Positions 16,757-25,553 of a DNA stretch of 32,580 nt are shown here, piece by piece. A program made the translations under genes and the position numbers. The stretch comes from a virus. Its lineage: Duplodnaviria; Caudoviricetes. The notes beneath the pieces are model-generated. The model searched no databases. It had not been told where the DNA came from and worked only from the letters and a program-made list of their open reading frames with translations. The stretch covers positions 1 to 32,580 of IMG/VR virus record IMGVR_UViG_3300024179_000009; one strand, given 5' to 3'. The number at the start of each line of letters is the position of its first letter. Position 1 is the stretch's first letter.

Positions 16757-17022
16757 GCAACGTCATACAAAATAGCCTCCCGAAGACGCGCCTTCATCGG
16801 ACCAATAAGCCCGGCCCAACGCTCTCTCATGTCTGCCGGGCTCGACTCGATTGAACGAAGCCGGCCCTCATGGGCGTGCACCAAGACAATCCCCTCCCGC
16901 TCACAATAGGCGCGGATCTCTGTGAGCGGAATCTGGGTGACGATCCTGATCTCATTGCCCGACAGACCGCGGGCCGCATACATCGCAATGTCCCGTTTTT
17001 CCTTGGGCTTCAGCGCCATCAT
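16753..17022 (-). CDS. Small HTH-like hypothetical protein
   Basis: IAMYAARGLSGNEIRIVTQIPLTEIRAY resembles a helix-turn-helix; ATGA overlap with the portal stop. Confidence 0.55.
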   Translation of the reverse strand: MMALKPKEKRDIAMYAARGLSGNEIRIVTQIPLTEIRAYCEREGIVLVHAHEGRLRSIESSPADMRERWAGLIGPMKARLREAILYDVA

Positions 17023-19235
17023 TGCCTCCTCGGCATCGCCACGATACCAGACTGCGCATTCTGGTCGGGATGCGGCAGGCCCGGCGGGCGAGGCGGAGCG
17101 TGCGGCCCCGCGGGCAGCGCGCCCGGCTGCGGCCCGCGCGATCCTTGGCCGCCCGCCGGAGCCCCGCCGCCGGTCCTCGCCTGGGCGGCCTGCATCGCCG
17201 CCATGTTCTTCATCTGCATCGACTGGAGATGTGCCGCGATGTGCTCGCCGACCGTGCCGAACGGATCGCCGCTCATCTGCTTGTCGGCCATGTGGCTTTT
17301 CAGGTGCGGGATGTCCTGGTCGAGCGGGTGGACGTGCAGATGCTGCCCGCTGTTGAGGATCTGGTTCTCCATCTCCGGGTCCATCGTCAGCATCTCGCGC
17401 TGATTAATGAGCACCTGGTTGCCGAGGTAGGCCCCAAAGAGGTTTTGGTTCTGCATGATGACGAGCGGAGCGGGATCGAACTCGTACCCGGCCTTGGCGA
17501 GAGCGGCCTGCATCGCCGGCTGCATCAGCGCAGCCATCCATGCGGTGCCGGCCTGCGCCATCATCCCTGCCATCTTGACCTGCTCGGCCCCACGCCAGAG
17601 GAACGTGTAGCCGTGGCGGTTCTGCAGCGGCGGCACCTGTTCGAGCCGGGCCCGCACGCCCATCTCGCCAAACTGGCGGATCGTCAAATCGGTGTCGCGG
17701 AATTGGTAATCGTAATCGACGATGAGCCCGAGCATCGGCGTCAGGATGCCCTCGACCGGCACCTTGACCCCTTCCGCCGTCGTCAGGAGGTCGACCTGCT
17801 GCTCCTGCGCTACCATCGCCTGATTTGGCTTCCCGGCGCGGGTCTGCTGCGGGAGCATCGACGGGTTGACGCCTAGCGACTGGAATATGGCGGCAAGCGC
17901 CATCTGTACGCGGGTCTGTGCCCTGGGGGTGAGATCTGGGAACGTAAGTAGGCTAATCGCGTCCTTTCCGCCGTCCCAGATGGCACCAACTCCGAATACC
18001 AATGGACCGTTGGATTTCTCGGGGTCACGCAAGACGATGGGCGCCGCGGATAACGTAGCCGCATCCGCCCCCTCATTAATAGCATCGTTGGCCTCGTATT
18101 GCAGGCTGTCGACATAACTGATGAGCGACTTCCCCTTGAAGACGCCCGGGGTTTTCTCGATCGGCACCGAGAGGAGCGGGCAGCGGTCGTTCCAGTAGGG
18201 GTTGCGCTTGGCCCCGAGCTGCGCCCGGTTCGGGCCGAGAAAGACCCGGCAGAGCCGATGGTCGCCATCCTCGCTGTAGCCGCCGTTCTTGTCGAGGGGC
18301 AGCGTCAGCCACACCTCCCAGACCGTTGCGCCGACGCCCTTGGGATGAATGCCGACCGCCTCGGCCAAGTGCTTCTCGACGTTGGGCTGATCCTTGGACA
18401 CCTTGTCCATCGACTCTTTGAGCGCCTTGCCCTCAGGACGCCGGATGCATCCCTGCTCAACCATCTGGTCGATCTTGGCCTTGGTCCAATGGCGGACGAT
18501 GGCGACGCCTCCGCCGATCGCGAACGCCTCCTCCAGCGAGTCGACGTTGGCCGGCCACACCACGACATCGCTATCGTGCAGCACGTCGAAAACGGGTCGG
18601 CCCTCACGGATCAGCTCGGGCTCACCCATGTCCTCAATGTCCTCGCCCGGGGCCTCCATCTGCTGCCCTGCGACCTCGACCCGGGGACCATGTGTTTCAC
18701 GTGAAACAATCTCGCGTTCGAGCTCAGCCCAATCGACGTAGAGGTTGTATTGGCCCTCGATGATCGCGAGGCGAATGAGGGGCTTCAGGACCTGCGTCTC
18801 GAACCGGGCATCGCGCAGATAGTGTTCGAGGAGGCCGATCAGCGGCTGCGGCTGCGTGCCGTCTGCCGCAACGATCTCCAGGTATCGCCCGGATTGCGGG
18901 CACATCTGGTTGGAAAACCGGGTGACGATGGCGTTGACGGCATCGTGGATGATCGGGAAAAAGATGTTCGCGATGCCGTTGTAATACTGGTTGCCGTTCG
19001 CTTGGCAGTTGTAGCAGTCCCAATAATCGTCGATGTCGGCCGAGCGTTCGTTCTGGTCCTCGAACGCGCGCAAGACGTGATTGAACACATCGTCGAGCTT
19101 GTCGCGGAGCTTTTGGTTGCGCCCGGCAAGGAGGTCGCGGTCGCGCGTTGGCGCGGCGCGTTCCTCCCCACCATCGCCAGAGCCGTCCGGCGCCGTAGCG
19201 GGTTCCGGCTCAAGCACAAGCCCGGCGTCAGACAT
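17019..19235 (-). CDS. Portal protein (P22-like, long C-terminal helical/disordered region)
   Basis: About 738 aa between terminase and scaffold; IFFPIIHDAV, KRNPYWNDRCP, PGVFKGKSL and LQYEANDAIN patterns; Gln/Pro-rich tail. Confidence 0.85.
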   Translation of the reverse strand: MSDAGLVLEPEPATAPDGSGDGGEERAAPTRDRDLLAGRNQKLRDKLDDVFNHVLRAFEDQNERSADIDDYWDCYNCQANGNQYYNGIANIFFPIIHDAVNAIVTRFSNQMCPQSGRYLEIVAADGTQPQPLIGLLEHYLRDARFETQVLKPLIRLAIIEGQYNLYVDWAELEREIVSRETHGPRVEVAGQQMEAPGEDIEDMGEPELIREGRPVFDVLHDSDVVVWPANVDSLEEAFAIGGGVAIVRHWTKAKIDQMVEQGCIRRPEGKALKESMDKVSKDQPNVEKHLAEAVGIHPKGVGATVWEVWLTLPLDKNGGYSEDGDHRLCRVFLGPNRAQLGAKRNPYWNDRCPLLSVPIEKTPGVFKGKSLISYVDSLQYEANDAINEGADAATLSAAPIVLRDPEKSNGPLVFGVGAIWDGGKDAISLLTFPDLTPRAQTRVQMALAAIFQSLGVNPSMLPQQTRAGKPNQAMVAQEQQVDLLTTAEGVKVPVEGILTPMLGLIVDYDYQFRDTDLTIRQFGEMGVRARLEQVPPLQNRHGYTFLWRGAEQVKMAGMMAQAGTAWMAALMQPAMQAALAKAGYEFDPAPLVIMQNQNLFGAYLGNQVLINQREMLTMDPEMENQILNSGQHLHVHPLDQDIPHLKSHMADKQMSGDPFGTVGEHIAAHLQSMQMKNMAAMQAAQARTGGGAPAGGQGSRGPQPGALPAGPHAPPRPPGLPHPDQNAQSGIVAMPRRQ

Positions 19236-19437
19236 CGCCCTGCCGCACGACAAGATCACCCGTTCGGATATCATGCCACCACTCCCACGGTGGCTCCATA
19301 TCATCCGCCTGCGGAATGAAGGAACAATCCCGGCGGAATCTGATCCCGCGCTCGGTCAACAGCCGAGCAATCTGCAGCTCCGGTATTCCGAACGGCAAAT
19401 TATAACGATCGGCGGGCGTGATCCGAACTTCGATCAT
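19228..19437 (-). CDS. Hypothetical protein
   Basis: 69 aa, tightly packed between neighbours, overlaps the portal start. Confidence 0.6.
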   Translation of the reverse strand: MIEVRITPADRYNLPFGIPELQIARLLTERGIRFRRDCSFIPQADDMEPPWEWWHDIRTGDLVVRQGDV

Positions 19438-19438
19438 G

Positions 19439-19660
19439 CTACTTGAGCGGCGCCGTCATCGCGGCAAGCGCGGCCTTCAGCGGATCGAGGTGCTGCTTGA
19501 CGAAGAGGTGCGAGCCGGGCACCAGGTCCGCCAGCACCTGCATTGCAACCAGCATCGAGCCGAGCATCGAGTGAACGGGATCGGCGACCGGCGGAGCTTC
19601 GTCGAGCGCCGCCTGTGCCTTAGCTGCGGCAACTTTCGCCGGGGTCATTGTCTCTGCCAT
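19439..19660 (-). CDS. Hypothetical protein
   Basis: AGGAG SD; 73 aa. Confidence 0.7.
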   Translation of the reverse strand: MAETMTPAKVAAAKAQAALDEAPPVADPVHSMLGSMLVAMQVLADLVPGSHLFVKQHLDPLKAALAAMTAPLK

Positions 19661-19775
19661 CTGATTCTCCTAATCTGTGCGGGGCTTCATTGTTTTCTCG
19701 ACGAGCTACCCCCGCTCTCTCCCGTCAAAGCCGGGTACTGCCGCGGTGTTAACGCTGTGGAGCCCGGTCTACCTC

Positions 19776-20093
19776 TTACGCTGGGTTGGCGATGATGTTG
19801 ATGCTGGTCGGCACTTGCGCCGGCACGACCGCGTTGATCGTGGCCCGGGCCGTCGCAGTGAACGTGGTGCCGCCGATCTTGGCGTCGACCTGGACTGTAT
19901 CGACCCCGGCTTTGAGCCCGGTTTCGACGGCGGTTAGCCCGTCCTGCGATGCGGCCAGATCGCCAATCGTCGCATCGGCCTGCGACCATGCGGGCGGCGC
20001 ATCGAAGACCGGGTTCGCGATCGGCTGGCCGTTCTGGTCGAGCACTTCGATCGAGAGGTTTTCGGCTTTGCCTACGTCAAGGGTGAAGTCCAT
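19776..20093 (-). CDS. Ig-like (Big-type) domain protein; alternative in-frame start at 20228
   Basis: GGAG SD before ATG 20093; LSIEVLDQNGQPI...AWS...GLTAVETGLKAGVDTVQV is the usual bacterial Ig-like pattern. Confidence 0.7.
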   Translation of the reverse strand: MDFTLDVGKAENLSIEVLDQNGQPIANPVFDAPPAWSQADATIGDLAASQDGLTAVETGLKAGVDTVQVDAKIGGTTFTATARATINAVVPAQVPTSINIIANPA

Positions 20094-20228
20094 GTGGATA
20101 ACTCCGTTCGGTATCAGTTCGACGGCAACATTGCCGACTCTGAGCCAGACAGATATACGCTTATGGCAGCGACGGCGCGAGTGGTGGCTTTTACCTAGAT
20201 CGGCGACCACGACGACGATTTTCCCCAT

Positions 20229-22379
20229 TCACCGCGTCCTCATCGGCATCGCGCTCGCGTAGCGGCGCCCGCTTCGCTCATCGACGCGGTAGTTTTGCGC
20301 GGTATCCTCGTCATTGTCCACCGCGGCGAAGCGGATCGAGCCGCAGAACGCTTCGAGGCCCTCCATCAGCACGCGATAGGGGCCTTCCTCGGCGCTGTCC
20401 TGCAGGCGGCCCCGGATCATTCCGCGGGTGTAGCCTCCAGCGAGCGCCCGCAGCGTCCACTTGGCGGCGGGGCTGACCTCGACCACCGGCATCCCGCGCA
20501 CCGTGCGCGCGAGCGCGTCCCTTATATAGAGTGTGCCGTCGACTTCCGTGCCACCGACCCGGACCTCGTTCGGGATCGCGCGCACCGCCTGCATCAGCCC
20601 GACATTCATGTGTCGGTCCGAATGTAGTTGGGGGACGATCCAGGCGGGTCGGTTGGGTCGAGCAAGCATTCGATCCGGCAGCGGACCTTTGAGCATATCA
20701 TCCCATGGACGGGGCACAGGAACAGCCACGAATCGAGAGGAATCGACGACCTGGGCGGCGGCTTGGGCGATGTCGGCAACACGCTCGGCCGGGCTCCCTT
20801 CGTAGACCCAGTCGGCGAGGATGCGCAGCGTGCCCTCAAACGCTTGAACCAGGACAGCACAGGTCAGTCCTCCGGTGGCGTTGGCGGCGAGGGCGAGGGG
20901 CTGGCCGGCGGCGATATCGACGCCCTCGACGACGTGGCTGACGGGATCGAAGCCGTCGTAGATCGGCTGGGCTGGGCGCATCGTCGGCGCATATGCAAGC
21001 GCATTAGCCGCGTCGCGAATGCCGTGCGGGAAACTGAGCAGTTGAGCCTCAAGGGCAGGGAAAGGTTGGGCAAAGATCACCTCCCGGGCCTGGAAATAGG
21101 GCTGCAGCCCTTCGATGAAACGGGTCTGGCCGCGCCCCTGCGTCCCGCTGATCGCTGCGATCGGCTTCAGCGGCAACATGACCCCGCGCTTTACCTGCTC
21201 GTGGCGCAGCGGCTGAAGGAGAAACTGCTCCAGTCCGTCACGCTCCACTCCAAGCTGGATGAGGTCGTACCGTTCGCAAAGATCAAAAGCGAGGGCCACG
21301 ATCTCGTCGGGAGCAAGGAACAGGGCATCGCAGGCCCAAACCACGAGGCGGTTCTTGACCCAGGACCAGATGGCGTATCCGGTCGCGGCGGCGTTGCCGT
21401 GGCTGGTGCGGGCGGGGTCGACCATCCCATAGACTGCCTCCCAGGTGCGGATGCGCTCCTCGTAGCGGAACATCTCGCGCTTGAACACGCGGGCCGCGTC
21501 CGAGGAGGCGCGACACATGAACTCCTGCTCGTAGAGGTTGAGGTCGCCCCGGTAATCCTGCCGCAGCGTATCGATCTTCTCGAGCGGGAACTTCGCCGGC
21601 CACGTTGCGGTGCGCTCGCCGTTCTCGTTGACGCTCTCGATGGGAAACTTGACGACCGGCATCCGGTCGTTTTCGAGCCGTTCGGGGAGGCTGTTCTTGC
21701 CGCGGCGGGTGCCGAGGAAGCGGCCCCAGGTCAGGAGCGCATCATCGAGGCAGGGCTGGAACGTCTGCTTCAGCCAGCGCCAGGTCTTCTCGCGCTCGGC
21801 GTCCGTGCGCTCCTCCTCGGGGTCTTCGATGTCGTCGATGATGAAGGCGTCGGGGCGCCATTGGAGAAACTTGAGCCCGGTGATCGACTGCTCGCGGCCA
21901 AGCGCCTGGATCATGATGTCGGAGCCGAGGACGATCTTGCCGTCCGCCCATGTCTCGCCCTTCAGCTTGCCGAAGAGGCCATCCTCGGCGAAGTAGGGGT
22001 TGGTGTCGATCTCGTTACGGATCGCGGTCACGCGGTCGCAGGCGCGGGCAAACGAGGGGCCGATGATGACGAGGTTATGAAACTCGCGGAAAACGGCCTT
22101 CAGAAGCGCGGTTTCCTCGGTGTACGTGGTTTTCCCTATGCCGCGGAAGCCCTCGATCGAGAGGCGCGGGATCGGGCGGTTGATCGCGGCGACCATCTCG
22201 CGGTGAGCTCGCGCCGAGGCGTCCGGGTGGCGGTGAGCGAAGAGGTGGGCATGGGCGAACCAGCGGTCGTCGTGCAGCCGGCGGACGGATTCGAGGGCAA
22301 AATCGGCGAGCGCCGCCTTGTCTCCCGCCTTGCGTGCCGCGCGGAACTCGGGCGGGATCGCGAGGCGGGCGGCCTTCAT
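20229..22379 (-). CDS. terL: Terminase large subunit with a C-terminal extension
   Basis: Walker A GFRGIGKTT, Walker B FIIDDIED, YEQEFM linker, RNase H-like nuclease motifs GMVDPA, GVERDG, FPHGIRDAANA; ATGA-coupled start at 22379. Confidence 0.92.
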   Translation of the reverse strand: MKAARLAIPPEFRAARKAGDKAALADFALESVRRLHDDRWFAHAHLFAHRHPDASARAHREMVAAINRPIPRLSIEGFRGIGKTTYTEETALLKAVFREFHNLVIIGPSFARACDRVTAIRNEIDTNPYFAEDGLFGKLKGETWADGKIVLGSDIMIQALGREQSITGLKFLQWRPDAFIIDDIEDPEEERTDAEREKTWRWLKQTFQPCLDDALLTWGRFLGTRRGKNSLPERLENDRMPVVKFPIESVNENGERTATWPAKFPLEKIDTLRQDYRGDLNLYEQEFMCRASSDAARVFKREMFRYEERIRTWEAVYGMVDPARTSHGNAAATGYAIWSWVKNRLVVWACDALFLAPDEIVALAFDLCERYDLIQLGVERDGLEQFLLQPLRHEQVKRGVMLPLKPIAAISGTQGRGQTRFIEGLQPYFQAREVIFAQPFPALEAQLLSFPHGIRDAANALAYAPTMRPAQPIYDGFDPVSHVVEGVDIAAGQPLALAANATGGLTCAVLVQAFEGTLRILADWVYEGSPAERVADIAQAAAQVVDSSRFVAVPVPRPWDDMLKGPLPDRMLARPNRPAWIVPQLHSDRHMNVGLMQAVRAIPNEVRVGGTEVDGTLYIRDALARTVRGMPVVEVSPAAKWTLRALAGGYTRGMIRGRLQDSAEEGPYRVLMEGLEAFCGSIRFAAVDNDEDTAQNYRVDERSGRRYASAMPMRTR

Positions 22380-22603
22380 TCGTCCACCAGGTCGCTTCGT
22401 ACCGCCCGCGCCAACGCTCCAATGCCCTCCAGCGTCGACATCTTCCCCCACCCGAAAGTGATGAAGCTGCTGTCATGGTTGACGAAAACAGCGGTGATGA
22501 ACTGCAAATCTGGGAACTCTCCGGCCTCGATCCGATCAGCCGCACGCCGCAACATCTTCACGATGTCTACCGGCCCCGGCAGTTCAACGACTTTGGCGCT
22601 CAC
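22376..22603 (-). CDS. Hypothetical protein
   Basis: GTG 22603 in a GTGA overlap; MLRRAADRIEAGEF motif; coupled to terL. Confidence 0.65.
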   Translation of the reverse strand: MSAKVVELPGPVDIVKMLRRAADRIEAGEFPDLQFITAVFVNHDSSFITFGWGKMSTLEGIGALARAVRSDLVDE

Positions 22604-22881
22604 AGCTTCGCGGCGAGGTTCTTGGCGACCCACTCGGCGGTCGAGAGGTCGGCGGAGAACGCTGCCGGATTGGCGCACACCCGGTCGACGCCCGCATTGA
22701 CCACGGCGACCGGCAGACTTGCCGCCGGGACAGCCGCCGCAACGAGCCCGTCCGCGATCTTGAAGAGGCCCGAATCGACGCAGGCCCGGACAATGCGCGC
22801 CGTCACCTCCGGATCGCCCGGCTGCGGCTGGACCGCGCAGCCCGCGAGCGAGAGCGCACACATTATATATAGGGGCCTCAC
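22600..22881 (-). CDS. Lipoprotein (candidate o-spanin or exclusion protein)
   Basis: MRPLYIMCALSLAG/C lipobox; two further Cys. Confidence 0.7.
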   Translation of the reverse strand: MRPLYIMCALSLAGCAVQPQPGDPEVTARIVRACVDSGLFKIADGLVAAAVPAASLPVAVVNAGVDRVCANPAAFSADLSTAEWVAKNLAAKL

Positions 22882-23048
22882 CGGATCGGAGCTCCGAAGA
22901 CGCCCCAGCCGAGGAGGCCGATCAGGATGAAAAACATCAGGCTGAACGGGCCGAACGGCTGCAACACGGCCTGATTACGCCAGAACCAGCCGCCGCCGAA
23001 GACGATCGAGATGACGTAGAAAATCCAGAACCAGATGCCTGCGGTCAT
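22878..23048 (-). CDS. 56-aa two-TM membrane protein
   Basis: Not in the track; MTAGIWFWIFYVISIVFGGGWFWRNQAVLQPFGPFSLMFFILIGLLGWGVFGAPIR; AGGAG SD; coupled at both ends. Confidence 0.75.
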   Translation of the reverse strand: MTAGIWFWIFYVISIVFGGGWFWRNQAVLQPFGPFSLMFFILIGLLGWGVFGAPIR

Positions 23049-23329
23049 GGTGCTCTCCTCGCCGGAGTGAAGGCCGGCGGCGCCGGCGGGGCGGGTTCGC
23101 CCGAAGCGGCAACGGCAGCTGCGATCGTCGTGTCCTTTTTCTGGGACGATTCGCTCGATCCGAAGTAGTAGCCGACGACGGTGGCGAACTGCCCGATGAT
23201 CGCGCCGACGATCATGCTGTTCGAGGAGGTGTCGCCCTTCCAGTACGAAAGCGCGAGCGCGACGCCGAGCAGAAGATAGACGAAGGAGCCGAGCGCGGCC
23301 TTTACCTGCCAGGGCATATCGTTGGTCAT
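23045..23329 (-). CDS. Holin-like two-TM protein
   Basis: Two TM helices followed by VVGYYFGSSESSQKKD, a motif common in phage holin-like proteins. Confidence 0.7.
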   Translation of the reverse strand: MTNDMPWQVKAALGSFVYLLLGVALALSYWKGDTSSNSMIVGAIIGQFATVVGYYFGSSESSQKKDTTIAAAVAASGEPAPPAPPAFTPARRAP

Positions 23330-23355
23330 CCCGCCCTCATAGCACGCTTCTGCCG

Positions 23356-23402
23356 AAAAACGAAGCGGCCCCGCCGGGGATGGAAGCGGGGCCGCTCTTT
23401 TT
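23356..23402. terminator. Intrinsic terminator, possibly bidirectional
   Basis: AGCGGCCCCGC / GCGGGGCCGCT 11-bp stem flanked by AAAAA on the left and TTTTT on the right. Confidence 0.75.
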
Positions 23403-23476
23403 CGGCCTTGACGCCGGGAACCGACAGCGTCTAGCCTAGCGTCGGTGGGTTGCCGAGACCCAAGGAGCTGATATGG

Positions 23477-23505
23477 CACATATCCATCCCACACCAAAAG
23501 GTCAA
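23477..23505 (-). promoter_or_regulatory. Putative late-operon promoter
   Basis: TTGACC-N17-TATGTG on the minus strand, upstream of the terminator and the first late gene. Confidence 0.45.
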
Positions 23506-23510
23506 GGCCG

Positions 23511-23714
23511 GTGAACATCGGCCCCAACCACGCAACCCCGCCAGCCGAGATCGCGCGCCGAGATCGCGCCGCAACCCGCTGGCTCGAACGGAACGACCCA
23601 CAAGCCAAAAAGGACCGCAAAGCCGCCAAGCGTAAAACCCGCGCCGCGGCAGAGCAGGCCAAGCGAAACCCGGCCCTCGTCGCCCGGTATCGCCGCGCCA
23701 TGCTCAAAATATAA
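23511..23714 (+). CDS. Small basic helical protein
   Basis: GTG start, 67 aa, Arg/Lys-rich; no recognised family. Confidence 0.45.
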   Translation: MNIGPNHATPPAEIARRDRAATRWLERNDPQAKKDRKAAKRKTRAAAEQAKRNPALVARYRRAMLKI

Positions 23715-24301
23715 ACCGCCGCTCAGGCCACTCGCTGGGGAAGCGCCCCAGCCGGTGAGGGGTAGCTCCCAAGCCCACGTGCCGGTTCCCACCCACCTTC
23801 TCCTGTCTTAGGAGGGGGTTTGGGGGTGGTGTTGCTAAAAGACCTCCTTCAATCGGCATCGTTGCTTGCGATGCCCCTCTAAGCGGGAAAGCGCCCGCCC
23901 GGGCCTGCGGTGGCTCAACAGCCGTGACTGGGAAGTCTCCCCCTCTACGTGCACCCCGTGTCGGACAAGCGGGACCGCAGACGCCCCAATTCCGAAAAAC
24001 CTCGCGCAGTTTTCTCGGGGGGGTGCAAATTCACCCGCCGCGCCGCCGCGTCCCGGGTTTTCCCCGAACGCCGGCTGGGCCAGCGCCTCGGCACCGCAGC
24101 AACCAACATCTTGTGCTCGACCGGCCGATCGGGCTGTGGTGCAGCGCAGCAATCGCGTAAGTGGTTGATAACGTTGCAATGAGAACGTCGCGCAAGGGCC
24201 ATTATGGAAAATGAGAACGCGTGCGGTGCGGCGCGGACGTGCATGATTTGTGCTGAAATGCCTTGACGGCATGGGCAGCCATGCTGCAACGCTAACCACA
24301 C

Positions 24302-24892
24302 ATGGAGAACGGAAGATGCGGGGCGAGAACGCGGTTCGGCACGCGCTGTCGGCAATGGCGCGAAACGGGCCGCAAGCGGTGCCGGCGGCACGGCGGGTTA
24401 TCGACTGGCGCTTTGGTGAGAACTGGGTGGCCGGCGAGCGCGAAGGCGCATCTCGAAACGCGTCGAGCGCTTTATCGGGCGATGGGTTTACGTTGGCCCG
24501 GTGGGGCTCCGAGGAAACCACAAAGGGTTCTGAGCATGGCTGAGAAGGCGGTTGCGTTGATCGACGAGGAGCTCGGCGCATTGGAGCGGGCGATACCTGG
24601 CGACATCATGGTTGCGGATCCGCTGACGCTGAACGGCGCCGAGTTGATGGCGCGCGGGGCGTTGGAGGGATTGCGGCAGCTACGGCTGATTATCGTTCAG
24701 CCGCTGGACATTGAGGGGACGATTCGGGAGGAGAGCAACTGGGGATTGAAGCAGCAGCGCCTGGTTGGGGATATGGCGAATGTGCTGCTGAAGCAGGCTC
24801 GGGAGCGTGCCGAGGGTGAGCGGAATTACGACCTGATCGGGCGGTTGCTTGCGGCTATGGCTGCTGAGAAATCCGAAAAGTCCGAGGAATAG
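24302..24892 (+). CDS. HGGxSTG-domain protein, candidate terminase small subunit
   Basis: CGARTRFGTRC...RCRRHGGLSTG N-terminal Zn-binding-type motif followed by a helical region. Confidence 0.7.
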   Translation: MENGRCGARTRFGTRCRQWRETGRKRCRRHGGLSTGALVRTGWPASAKAHLETRRALYRAMGLRWPGGAPRKPQRVLSMAEKAVALIDEELGALERAIPGDIMVADPLTLNGAELMARGALEGLRQLRLIIVQPLDIEGTIREESNWGLKQQRLVGDMANVLLKQARERAEGERNYDLIGRLLAAMAAEKSEKSEE

Positions 24893-25028
24893 GCTCGAAG
24901 TCATGCCGCAGCGCGCCCGCACCCCAGTTCCGCGCAAAGCATGACATCCCGCTCACGCGCGCACCCATCTGCGTCGCCGCGTGCAAAAAGGCGGCATAGA
25001 GATCGCTCTCTAGCCCTTTCGTGTCCAT
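24855..25028 (-). CDS. Small hypothetical protein
   Basis: GGGGAG SD-like sequence before ATG 25028 (MDTKGLESDLYAAF...); follows a structured leader. Confidence 0.4.
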   Translation of the reverse strand: MDTKGLESDLYAAFLHAATQMGARVSGMSCFARNWGAGALRHDFEPIPRTFRISQQP

Positions 25029-25055
25029 CCTGATTCTCCCCGGCCACATCCTCAG

Positions 25056-25200
25056 GTCGGCTGAATATGCAGCCAACTGCGATGGGATAAGACGAGTGGG
25101 TGACCACCCCAGTAGCCACCCACTCTGCGCACGGCGTGGGGGCTCGCAAACACCCCACATATGTCCCACCTACCGGTGAGCCACGGCCGCGAGATTCACC
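25056..25200 (-). ncRNA. Putative structured RNA / leader
   Basis: Several hairpins plus a closing stem; mismatches become G-U pairs on the minus strand. Confidence 0.45.
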
Positions 25201-25295
25201 GTGTCAGCCGCGCTAGGAATATAACCTAATCGGGGCTGGAAAGCACGCAAACTAGAACACCGGATTATACGGACCTATCGGCCGGCTGTTGGCCG

Positions 25296-25553
25296 CTATG
25301 GCTGCGGAGCGGGAGGAGCCATCTTAAGCGGCGTTTCCTGGAGGTCGTTCATGTATTCGATCATCACCTTGATCGCGACAAGCTCGTCGGAGAGGTTGCA
25401 GATTATAGCGGTCTGACGGCTGACGGGGACGCCTGAGGGCGCCTCGGTGATCTGCCGGACGAGTGTGGGCAAGCTGAGACCGAGGAGTGTTGCGGCCTCT
25501 GCCTGCGTGATGGCGCGGGCGCGTATCCACGCGCGGAGTTCAGCTTTGGTCAT
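25296..25553 (-). CDS. XRE-like helix-turn-helix protein
   Basis: MTKAELRAWIRARAITQAEAATLLGLSLPTL...GVPVS. Confidence 0.75.
   Translation of the reverse strand: MTKAELRAWIRARAITQAEAATLLGLSLPTLVRQITEAPSGVPVSRQTAIICNLSDELVAIKVMIEYMNDLQETPLKMAPPAPQP

Noticed and set aside
19661-19775. Possible riboswitch in the intergenic gap
   Set aside because: Only short GC-rich pairings; no recognisable aptamer consensus.
20628-22700. 690-aa plus-strand ORF, and similar long antisense ORFs over the capsid and portal genes
   Set aside because: Shadow frames of well-supported minus-strand genes.
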